Source: Bacillus carboniphilus (lineage in GTDB: Bacteria > Bacillota > Bacilli > Bacillales > JAIVKR01). From it: DNA of 24,000 bases. The notes beneath the pieces were generated by a model that saw only the letters and a program-made list of their open reading frames with translations, did no database searches and was not told the origin of the DNA. The stretch spans positions 1,143,822-1,167,821 of the forward strand of contig NZ_CP129013.1 of the NCBI RefSeq assembly GCF_020524035.2, given 5' to 3'. The position numbers and the translations under genes were made by a program. Of this stretch, positions 9,283 to 16,619 are shown piece by piece (the stretch's first letter is position 1; each line of letters begins with the position of its first letter).

Positions 9283-10212
9283 TTAAAAAATACTAAGTTT
9301 ATAATTGGCAGACAGGCGTTCTAACAAGCCAATTCCTGCAATACTGTTCCCTTTGTCGTCTAAAGCTGGTCCAAATATTCCAATCCCACATAGTTCAGGG
9401 ACAACAGCTAAAATCCCTCCTGATACACCACTTTTGGCGGGAACTCCTACTTTAATAGCAAATTCACCCGAGGCATTATACATTCCACATGTAACCATAA
9501 AGGTTTTACATAATTGAGCAATTTTCTCTGGGATCACTCGTTTATTTGTTGAAGGGTGCAATCCATTATTAGCAAAAACAGAAGCCGTCTTCGCCAATTC
9601 TATACTGTGCATTTTTATGGAGCATTGCTTCGTATACACTTCTATTAAATGATCTACACTCCCCTTTATTATGTCATGCTCTTTCATAAAATAACACAGA
9701 GATCGGTTTAGCCAAGCAGTGTTATATTCTGATTGAGCAACGATTGTGTCATAAGTAATCGAATCTGAATCGGCTAATTCTTTTATAAAGTTTAAAAGTC
9801 TTGTAAATTGCTCATCTTTATCAGAACCTTTAATCATATTAGTCACCGCTAATGCACCTGCGTTTATCATCGGGTTTAATGGTTTAGACGGGTTATTTGT
9901 CTCTAATTTTACAATTGAATTAAAAGGATCTCCTGTCGGTTCCATTCCTACATGCTCAAAAACATACTCTTCTCCATGATCCATTAATACAAGCGCTAAA
10001 GATAAAACCTTCGAAATACTTTGCAACGTGAAGCTATGCTCAACATCTCCTGCTGATACACAAGTTTTATCTAAATAGTATATTGAAGCACACAAATGCT
10101 CTTTATTCTCATTTGCTAAAGCAGGAATGTAATCCGCTAATTTTCCTTTAGTTGTCAAAGACTTTACTTGATTAATAATCCTTTGTAGTTGTTCGTCCTT
10201 TTTACAATGCAT
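9283..10212 (-). CDS. glsA: glutaminase A
   Basis: Serine-dependent glutaminase family motifs (SISK, NPMINAGA, KSGVSGG). The ORF starts at GTG 10221, but the ATG at 10212 has AAAGGTG 6 nt upstream. Position matches B. subtilis ylaM. Confidence 0.92.
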   Translation of the reverse strand: MHCKKDEQLQRIINQVKSLTTKGKLADYIPALANENKEHLCASIYYLDKTCVSAGDVEHSFTLQSISKVLSLALVLMDHGEEYVFEHVGMEPTGDPFNSIVKLETNNPSKPLNPMINAGALAVTNMIKGSDKDEQFTRLLNFIKELADSDSITYDTIVAQSEYNTAWLNRSLCYFMKEHDIIKGSVDHLIEVYTKQCSIKMHSIELAKTASVFANNGLHPSTNKRVIPEKIAQLCKTFMVTCGMYNASGEFAIKVGVPAKSGVSGGILAVVPELCGIGIFGPALDDKGNSIAGIGLLERLSANYKLSIF

Positions 10213-10374
10213 TTTCTTCACCTTTCTTTATGTCAAAGGGAATGTGAAATAACATTAACACCACATCAATACCAAGAATATTGCAAATGATTGATATCAT
10301 TATCTTTACCCATCTATGATGAAAAGTGACAAAGTTTTTGTTAACCTTTATACTTTTATAGGGGAGGGGTAAAT

Positions 10375-10830
10375 ATGTCAGATATTATTCAAATTAAAGG
10401 AAGCGTACAGTTTGAAATCACTCTTGATCCTAGCACATGGATTTTTGATGATCGAAAGGTCGATTTATCCACTTGCTTTCAAGATCAAAATAATTTAGAC
10501 GAGATCCAATTTGAAACCGAATTGTACCGACCACCTACTGCAAAATCAGAACAAAAATTTCAAAAAGAAAAAATATTAACTGGCTCCTTTGCGATTCCGC
10601 TCGCACCTTTTTTAAAAAATAGCGAACCTAAATCAAGCGCAACTTTCGTTTCATTTCAAACAAATGATGAAAAAATAACTATACCTATTCACGATGCTGA
10701 AAAGATATTACTAGCCTTCAGTAAGGATGGAAAACCATTGAAGGATGATGGACCTGTCCATGTATACTATAAGGATGGTTCAAACCAACACTCACCTATA
10801 AAAAGGGTTGATGGGATCATTATTTCTTGA
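10375..10830 (+). CDS. ylaL: uncharacterised protein, YlaL-like by position
   Basis: 151-aa ORF with a strong RBS (GGGGAGGGG). Located between glsA and the phoH-like gene, as ylaL is in B. subtilis. No recognisable catalytic motif. Confidence 0.65.
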   Translation: MSDIIQIKGSVQFEITLDPSTWIFDDRKVDLSTCFQDQNNLDEIQFETELYRPPTAKSEQKFQKEKILTGSFAIPLAPFLKNSEPKSSATFVSFQTNDEKITIPIHDAEKILLAFSKDGKPLKDDGPVHVYYKDGSNQHSPIKRVDGIIIS

Positions 10831-10836
10831 ATATAA

Positions 10837-11184
10837 GAAAAGCGTAAGCGCCCGTTTAGCGACGCAGGTGAAAAGGTACGTCAACTAAGTACAGTCACGA
10901 CGCGCAAACTAACGGTGACGCTAGGACTTCCTGTGCATCGCCGCATGAGATAAAGGAAACACGAAAACCAGAAAGTAGATGATCTACTAACTACCGCCAC
11001 GTCCTGTGGTAACGTAGATCCACTTCCCTCCTGGAGGCGTCTCCGTTGACTTATCGTAAAGGTAATGGAACATTATCTAAAAACGCCCAAGTCATGTGGG
11101 CAACGATGATGCTAGCACGTCGTGTGCTTTGAAAGCAACACAAGACGCTGGGCAATGGAGCTAGACAACGGTGAAAACACCTTT
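10837..11184. mobile_element. 348-bp GC-rich composite intergenic repeat (type B), three degenerate ~100-bp tandem units sharing modules with the MITE family
   Basis: Candidate TATAA duplication at 10832-10836 and 11185-11189. Internal units start near 10885, 10984 and 11086 and share CTAAGTACAGTCACG / AACGRTGAYGCTAG strings with the copies at 12893-12955 and 23643-23700. I counted 31 G+C in 60 nt at 10861-10920, against AT-rich flanks. There is no ORF of 60 aa or more. Boundaries are +/- 5 bp. Confidence 0.6.
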
Positions 11185-11221
11185 TATAAAGGACAAAGTT
11201 TATACATTCTTCTTTTTTAAG

Positions 11222-11268
11222 AAAAGGGACATCTTAAAGTCTTTTTACGACTAAGATGCCCCTTTTTT
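11222..11268. terminator. bidirectional rho-independent terminator shared by ylaL (plus) and ylaK (minus)
   Basis: GGGACATCTTA (11226-11236) pairs with TAAGATGCCCC (11252-11262) at 10 of 11 positions. An inner GTC/GAC stem is present. T6 follows on the plus strand and A4 precedes. Confidence 0.7.
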
Positions 11269-12595
11269 ATAATATATCGGCTGCCAGCTGCGCTAAATTT
11301 GAACGTTCACCCTTAATTAGCCTCACATGTCCAGAAACTTTTTGCTCTTTAAACCTTTCAACAATATAGGTTAATCCATTATTATAAGCATCCAAATATG
11401 GATGATCAATTTGTTCTGGATCTCCCATTAAGACAATTTTACTTCTTTCCCCTACTCTTGTTAATATGGTTTTAACCTCATGCTTCGTTAAGTTTTGCGC
11501 TTCATCTATAATAATAAAATGGTCTGGAATACTTCTACCACGAATATACGTAAGAGCTTCAACTTCAATAGAACCCATACCAGCTAGGATCGCATCAAGC
11601 TCACCTGGCTTTTTCGTATTAAATAAATATTCTAGGTTATCATAGATTGGCTGCATCCAAGGCCTCAATTTTTCTTCCTTTTCTCCTGGAAGGTAACCTA
11701 TATCTTTTCCCATCGGTACAATAGGTCTTGCCACAACAAGTTTATTAAACTGTTGCAAATCCTCCGTCTGCATTAATCCTGCTGCTAACGCTAGCAATGT
11801 TTTTCCTGTACCTGCTTTTCCAATTAAAGTGACAAGAGGTATGTCATTTCGAAGGAGAAGCTCTAAAGCCATAGTTTGCTGGACATTTCGCGAGCGTATT
11901 CCCCAAACATGCTCTTGATTGAAAATTAATTTTTGAATATTTTCCCCTTTATCATCAACAATTCCAAGAGCAGAAGATGAACTCCCTAATACATCCTTCA
12001 TAACGATAAATTGTCTAGGAAAAAAAGTTTGCTGACTAATTTCTGAAATTTTTATATAGTTTTTTTCATAGAAGGATGTAAGTTGCTCTGTAGTTATGTA
12101 ATACTCGGAGAAGCCCGTATAAATTTGATTAGAATCGACTACACGATCACTTAAAAAATCTTCTGTTAACACCCCAATGGCATCCGCTTTCACTCTTACT
12201 AAAGTGTCTTTACTTACTAAAATAACGGGCTTGCCTCGATCTTTTCCATTCTCCTCATCCGTTAAATTTTTTGCAACAGCTAATATTCGATTATCATTAG
12301 TTTTTTCAATAAAGATTTCTTGTAAGTCATGGAAGGAGCGGTGATTTAATTCTATGCGTATCGTTCCCCCATTAGGAAGTGGAATTTTCTCATGTAATCT
12401 CCCTTTATTTCTTAATTCATCTATTAACTTTGAGATATATCGAGCATTTTTCCCTATTTCATCCATGTATCTTTTTTTTGAGTCCACCTCTTCTAAAACA
12501 ACAGCCGGGATCACAACATCATTGTCCTCAAAAGAAAAAATCGATTTTGGATCTTGTAAAAGTACGTTTGTATCTAAAACGTAAACTTTGCTCAA
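11267..12595 (-). CDS. ylaK: PhoH-like ATPase with N-terminal PIN domain (YlaK family)
   Basis: 442 aa. The N-terminus YVLDTNVLL is PIN-like. Walker A GKAGTGKT and Walker B IIIDEAQN are present. TTG start has GGAGG 7 nt upstream. Confidence 0.9.
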   Translation of the reverse strand: MSKVYVLDTNVLLQDPKSIFSFEDNDVVIPAVVLEEVDSKKRYMDEIGKNARYISKLIDELRNKGRLHEKIPLPNGGTIRIELNHRSFHDLQEIFIEKTNDNRILAVAKNLTDEENGKDRGKPVILVSKDTLVRVKADAIGVLTEDFLSDRVVDSNQIYTGFSEYYITTEQLTSFYEKNYIKISEISQQTFFPRQFIVMKDVLGSSSSALGIVDDKGENIQKLIFNQEHVWGIRSRNVQQTMALELLLRNDIPLVTLIGKAGTGKTLLALAAGLMQTEDLQQFNKLVVARPIVPMGKDIGYLPGEKEEKLRPWMQPIYDNLEYLFNTKKPGELDAILAGMGSIEVEALTYIRGRSIPDHFIIIDEAQNLTKHEVKTILTRVGERSKIVLMGDPEQIDHPYLDAYNNGLTYIVERFKEQKVSGHVRLIKGERSNLAQLAADIL

Positions 12596-12764
12596 TCTTC
12601 CGCCTCCTATACATTGTTTTAGGAAGTTAAGTCGTATTCAAAAAATCGGGAATAACTTACTCCTGCAAGTACTTGAGCAATATCCATTTACCTATATATA
12701 TGAATTTTTGAATAAAGATAGAAGGTTGTTAAGACAATAAGTATAAATCAACTATACACTTATA

Positions 12765-12971
12765 GTGCATGTTCAAAAAGTAAGGAAAAAAGGACGCTGA
12801 ATCAAAAAGCTAAAGTCCTTTGCTCACACTAGGGCGAGCATAACGTGAAGGTGTTCTTTACCTTTTCAAAGTATTTGACTATTTCAGAAGATCTACTAAG
12901 TACAGTCACGTCCTGTAACTAACGATGATGCTAGGCCATCCACGCCATCGTAGGACTTTTTGAACAAACTC
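12765..12971. mobile_element. MITE-like element, 207-bp copy
   Basis: Left module GTGCATGTTCAAAAAGTAAGGAAAAAAGGACGCTGAA and right end ...CGTAGGACTTTTTGAACAAACTC. Flanking 5-mers are TTATA (12760-12764) and TTAAA (12972-12976), 4/5 identical. Internal strings are shared with the copies at 23456 and 14291. Confidence 0.8.
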
Positions 12972-13024
12972 TTAAAGACCTCGCAGTATGACTATTACAA
13001 ATTAAGCTTGTAAAGGAGAAAAAA

Positions 13025-13618
13025 ATGACAATCAGCCATAAAATTTGTATCGCATGTATGTTACTTTTAGTGAGCTGTTCAAATCAACAAGCGGAGTCAA
13101 ATGGTAAAGAGAATAAAATCAATGTAAGAAACACAGCTGTGGAAAAAACGGAACAAAAAACAGGTCAGGATATAGCGAAACATTTAGTATCTTTAGCAAA
13201 TGATAATCCTGATGTAAATGATGCTACTGCTATCGTAATTGGGAATTTTGCAGTAGTAGGAATCGATGTTAATTCAAAGATAGATCGAAGTAAAGTTGAA
13301 ACCATAAAATATACTGTGGCGGAAACATTAAAAAAAGATCCTTACGGCGCTAATTCTGTTATCATCGCAGACCCAGATACAAATGAGAGGTTGCGTGCAA
13401 TGGGAAAAGAAATTGCAAACGGTCGCCCTATAGCAGGAATTCTGGATGAACTTGCCGCGATCACCGGTAGGATCATCCCAGACGTCCCAAAAGAACAAAT
13501 AACTCCAGATAAAAAATTAGCACCTGATGCAGAAAAAGACCAACTTGATAACCAGGAAGAACAGAACATTGATGAAATTCAAAACAAGCAATCAAACGAT
13601 TACCTAAAAGATCAATAA
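13025..13618 (+). CDS. ylaJ: YhcN/YlaJ-family sporulation lipoprotein
   Basis: 197 aa with lipobox LLLVSC. The central region (ATAIVIGNFAVVGIDV, VETIKYTVAETLKKDPYGANSVIIADPD) is typical of the YlaJ/YhcN family. RBS AAAGGAG; position next to ylaK. Confidence 0.8.
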   Translation: MTISHKICIACMLLLVSCSNQQAESNGKENKINVRNTAVEKTEQKTGQDIAKHLVSLANDNPDVNDATAIVIGNFAVVGIDVNSKIDRSKVETIKYTVAETLKKDPYGANSVIIADPDTNERLRAMGKEIANGRPIAGILDELAAITGRIIPDVPKEQITPDKKLAPDAEKDQLDNQEEQNIDEIQNKQSNDYLKDQ

Positions 13619-13723
13619 AACATAAAATGGTGTTCAAGATAGCAAGTACAAAGTAAGGGAAATTAATAAGCCAGCTAAATACAAAAACATCAATCATTAT
13701 TGAAAACCATTTCTATATTAAAA

Positions 13724-14183
13724 TCATTTACATCTTTTCATTGCCTCGATAACAGCTTGGTCAAGTTTTTCAGCAGCCTGTTTATCATATGTTTTTTCAT
13801 AAGCAGGCTTAGCTGAAATTTTAGACCCATAAAACATCACATCATGAACTTCGTTTATCTTTAACTCAAAAAGTACTAGTTTTAAAGGAACTCCAGCAAG
13901 CCTTTCTTCTTTCATGTTGGCAAATCCATTAATGGAGTAAGTCGTTCCATTTGTAATTACATTTATAACTACTGCTGGATGTTTTTTTTATGTTTTCTAC
14001 AATGCGAGAACTTTCATCAACTGTAAAATAAACTCGTTGACGATCAGGAGCATATACCCAAGAGATGACACTGACTGACGGGACAGATGTTTCGTGATCA
14101 ATCGTTGCAACGTGAACAAAATGTTCTTTTTGAAGACTTTCAAATAATGGATCAATCATAGAAGTTTCAATCCTATTTGCCAT
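13724..14183 (-). pseudogene. pyridoxamine 5'-phosphate oxidase-like (FMN-binding split-barrel) protein, interrupted by a +1 frameshift in an A8 run
   Basis: ORFs 13929-14219 and 13724-13915 are two halves of one gene. Deleting one base of the T8 run at 13982-13989 (A8 on the coding strand) gives a continuous 152-aa product ...VENIKKHPAVVINVITNGTTYSINGFANMKEERLAGVPLK.... ATG at 14183 has GGAGGTG upstream. The family assignment is tentative. Confidence 0.7.
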
Positions 14184-14290
14184 TTTCACACCTCCATTTC
14201 CAGTGTATAATTCTATCATAACGATTTTTCACAAATTGGTCCATTCATAATTATGAAATTTTTGGTTCCCTTTAGAATAAAACAATAGAA

Positions 14291-14409
14291 GTGCATGTTC
14301 AAAAAGCAGGGAAAGAGGATGCTGAATAGAAAAGCTGAAACCCTGTAGGTCCATCCTTAACGAAGATGCTAGGCAATCCATTCCAACGTAGGACTTTTTG
14401 AACAACCTC
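14291..14409. mobile_element. MITE-like element, minimal 119-bp copy
   Basis: Perfect TAGAA duplication (14286-14290 and 14410-14414). Left module GTGCATGTTCAAAAAGCAGGGAAAGAGGATGCTGAA and right end CGTAGGACTTTTTGAACAACCTC. Confidence 0.8.
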
Positions 14410-14426
14410 TAGAAAGGAATTTTGAA

Positions 14427-14618
14427 ATGAAAGTAAAATGTGTACTATGTGAAGTAATAGAAACAATTGATGATGATACATTAATCGCAAAAAGACTAAG
14501 GAATCGTCCAATCCATACTTATTTATGTAGCAATTGCTATAACCGTATAGAAGAAAAAACGCTCAAAAGAAAACAAACGCATCCCTTATCAAAAGAGGAA
14601 TCAGACTATACACAATGA
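14427..14618 (+). CDS. ylaI: small zinc-ribbon-like protein YlaI (DUF2197-like)
   Basis: 63 aa with two CxxC pairs (CVLC ... CSNC) and the RLRNRPIHTY motif recalled from B. subtilis YlaI. Adjacent to ylaJ. Confidence 0.75.
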   Translation: MKVKCVLCEVIETIDDDTLIAKRLRNRPIHTYLCSNCYNRIEEKTLKRKQTHPLSKEESDYTQ

Positions 14619-15055
14619 AAAAGGTGTATTATTATGGTGCTATCTCAGGGTTAGTTTCTGGTATTTTAATGGGGATGTTCCTTAAAGTGTTGGAAGAGAA
14701 AACGGGTGAAAAAGTTTATACCCTTTTATTAAATATTGATTTTATTTATGAAAACCCTCTTCCTGAACTAGTTGAGTTTTCACTCCATTTATTAGTGGCT
14801 ATTGGTATTGGTGTTTTATTACAAATAATTGTGTCAATGACAGATAAGAGTTCTTTTAATTCAATCCTCATATACTCTTTTCTTTTAACAGCGCCTACCA
14901 TTATTTTATTTTTCCCTTTAACAACCATCGCCAATAAGCCAACCCCAGAAATGAGCGATGTATTGGCCCTTTCCTTATGGACCGTTGGTCATATCATTTT
15001 TGCTTTTATTTTAGGATTATTGCTACATTGCCTCTATAAGAGGAATCAACCATGA
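14615..15055 (+). CDS. hypothetical integral membrane protein (4 predicted TM helices)
   Basis: 146-aa hydrophobic ORF. Its start overlaps the ylaI stop (ATGA at 14615-14618), suggesting translational coupling. No family recognised. Confidence 0.65.
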   Translation: MKKVYYYGAISGLVSGILMGMFLKVLEEKTGEKVYTLLLNIDFIYENPLPELVEFSLHLLVAIGIGVLLQIIVSMTDKSSFNSILIYSFLLTAPTIILFFPLTTIANKPTPEMSDVLALSLWTVGHIIFAFILGLLLHCLYKRNQP

Positions 15056-15079
15056 TTTTCATGCTTCATGGTTGATTTT
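15046..15079. terminator. hairpin terminator between convergent genes
   Basis: Perfect 10-bp stem TCAACCATGA (15046-15055) / TCATGGTTGA (15066-15075) with a 10-nt loop, then TTTT. It includes the stop codon of the upstream plus-strand gene. Confidence 0.65.
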
Positions 15080-15082
15080 CAC

Positions 15083-15665
15083 TTACTGAGGAATTAGTAA
15101 AGTAACTTCAACTCTCTCCTCCTCTAAATTAATGTCATTCGCTTTTATCTTATACCCACTGCCTACTTCCAATTCCGTTAACAAGACGTAAATTGATTCT
15201 TCTTCTTTATCAATAACAACCTCATTTGGAATGGCATATTGGCTATTAACATAATTTAACACAAATGATACAGGAAGACTGAAACTACCTAAAGTCAAAT
15301 CATCAACTTTTAACTGTACATTTCCTTCTTCAGTTACAATAGGAATTAAATCCATCGTCATATTAATATCTTTCCCAAAAGCAACTATTTTTCCTACCAC
15401 TCGTACTTTATCATTTACTATCACTTGATACTGTAATGGTTGATTATTCGATTCTTTTTCTAAAAATTGATTAATGATCCTCTCCACTGCTTCTAAATCA
15501 GATTCAAGGCTAATTTCTGCATAACGATCCATCGATATGGGTTCATCAAGCTCGAGTTCAGGTTCACTACTGTTAGTGAATAATAAAACAAACAATGTTG
15601 AAATACTCAAAACATTTAAAGCAAGAAGGAGCAAAAAAAGCCCTTTTCCAACTTATATACTTCAT
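15083..15665 (-). CDS. ypmS: YpmS-like membrane-anchored protein (DUF2140-like), with an apparent +1 frameshift in an A7/T7 run 10 codons after the likely true start
   Basis: The long ORF is 15083-15634 (TTG). ATG at 15665 has GGAGGAG 8 nt upstream and encodes MKYISWKRAF. Removing one base from the run at 15633-15639 joins this to LLLLALNVLS..., recreating a KWKR-plus-TM N-terminus like B. subtilis YpmS. Confidence 0.75.
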
Positions 15666-15666
15666 A

Positions 15667-16446
15667 TTATTCTCCTCCGTCATTAAAATGAATAGTATCT
15701 AAAATTCTGTCAGCCATATTGGAATAGCCTTCCTCATTAGGATGGAATAAATCATCAGATAACAACGTTGGTTCGAAGTTAAAAATGTCATCAATCGAGA
15801 CGAAATAAATTGGATTGTAGTTACTCACAACTTGTTTGGAAAGTTGATTATAATCACTCATAATTAGTTCAATTTCAGGAATATCAGAAACAAGGTAACT
15901 AAAAGGGTTATATAAAGAAAGAAAAACGATAAAAGCATTTGAATTTACATCTCGAATATAAGACAATATTTGATTCAGTCTTTTCTTGTAAGAGGATTGG
16001 TCTTCCATAAATTTTTCATAGTCTAACTGAAACACATTCTTTTTAAAAACGTACATAATATCATTCGCACCTATGGTAATAAAGATCATATCCGCATCTT
16101 CAATTTTCTTTTTAGTCTCTTCTTCTTTTAATCTCTTCATCATGTTGGTCGTTTTATCACCCTCAACCGCATAATTGGCTAGCTCAATATCAGAGTGTCC
16201 TTCTTTTTCAAATTTCTCTTTCACCCTGTCTATATAGCCTCTCTCTTCTTTATCTCCCACACCTTCCGTTAATGAATCTCCCAAACCAACAATCAACATC
16301 TCATCCCTTAAATAGGATTCAACGGTATATGGTTTTTGTTTCATGGCAACCTCATGGGAAGCTAAAAGTTTTGTTTCGTTAGTTGTACAACCGATAAGGA
16401 GCATAGGTATAAGAACAATGAAGAAGCCTATTTTAACCGCGTTCAT
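15667..16446 (-). CDS. ypmR: SGNH/GDSL-family hydrolase lipoprotein (YpmR-like)
   Basis: 259 aa with lipobox LLIGC, GDSLTEG block I, GAND block and DxxH (DLFHPN) block. RBS GAAGGTGA. Lies between sco and ypmS as in B. subtilis. Confidence 0.85.
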   Translation of the reverse strand: MNAVKIGFFIVLIPMLLIGCTTNETKLLASHEVAMKQKPYTVESYLRDEMLIVGLGDSLTEGVGDKEERGYIDRVKEKFEKEGHSDIELANYAVEGDKTTNMMKRLKEEETKKKIEDADMIFITIGANDIMYVFKKNVFQLDYEKFMEDQSSYKKRLNQILSYIRDVNSNAFIVFLSLYNPFSYLVSDIPEIELIMSDYNQLSKQVVSNYNPIYFVSIDDIFNFEPTLLSDDLFHPNEEGYSNMADRILDTIHFNDGGE

Positions 16447-16538
16447 TTGTTTATCACCTTCTAATCTTAAACATTTTCCTTGCTAGTCTTTTGGCATATC
16501 ATATGGGATTTCTTTTTTAAAGGTACTCCATTCATTTT

Positions 16539-16595
16539 AAAAAAGACTGGAAAAGGATAAAGTACCTGCAACGGTACATCACTCTTCAGTCTTTT
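16539..16595 (-). terminator. nested hairpin terminator downstream of sco
   Basis: Outer stem GACTGGAA/CTTCAGTC (imperfect) and inner stem GTACC/GGTAC. An A6 run on the plus strand gives T6 after the stem on the minus strand. Confidence 0.45.
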
Positions 16596-16619
16596 TAGAC
16601 GTTCTTTAGAAAGGTTGTT

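Noticed and set aside
10285-10304. Fur/PerR-like box (reverse complement GATAATGATATCAATCATTT) in the glsA/ylaL divergent region, tempting given YlaN's link to iron and Fur
   Set aside because: Only about 14/19 match to the classical GATAATGATAATCATTATC. The second half is out of register, and true dyad symmetry is limited to the 8-bp TGATATCA core. In AT-rich DNA this is not convincing without a motif scan.
7568-13697. Track ORFs 7568-7822, 9305-9517, 12354-12584, 12379-12630, 13342-13569 and 13473-13697
   Set aside because: All are antisense shadows of ftsW, glsA, ylaK or ylaJ, which have clear family motifs. None has a credible RBS.
14299-14511. 70-aa minus-strand ORF
   Set aside because: It starts antisense inside ylaI and runs through the 119-bp MITE. 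No RBS is present. A low-complexity translation of repeat sequence is the best explanation.
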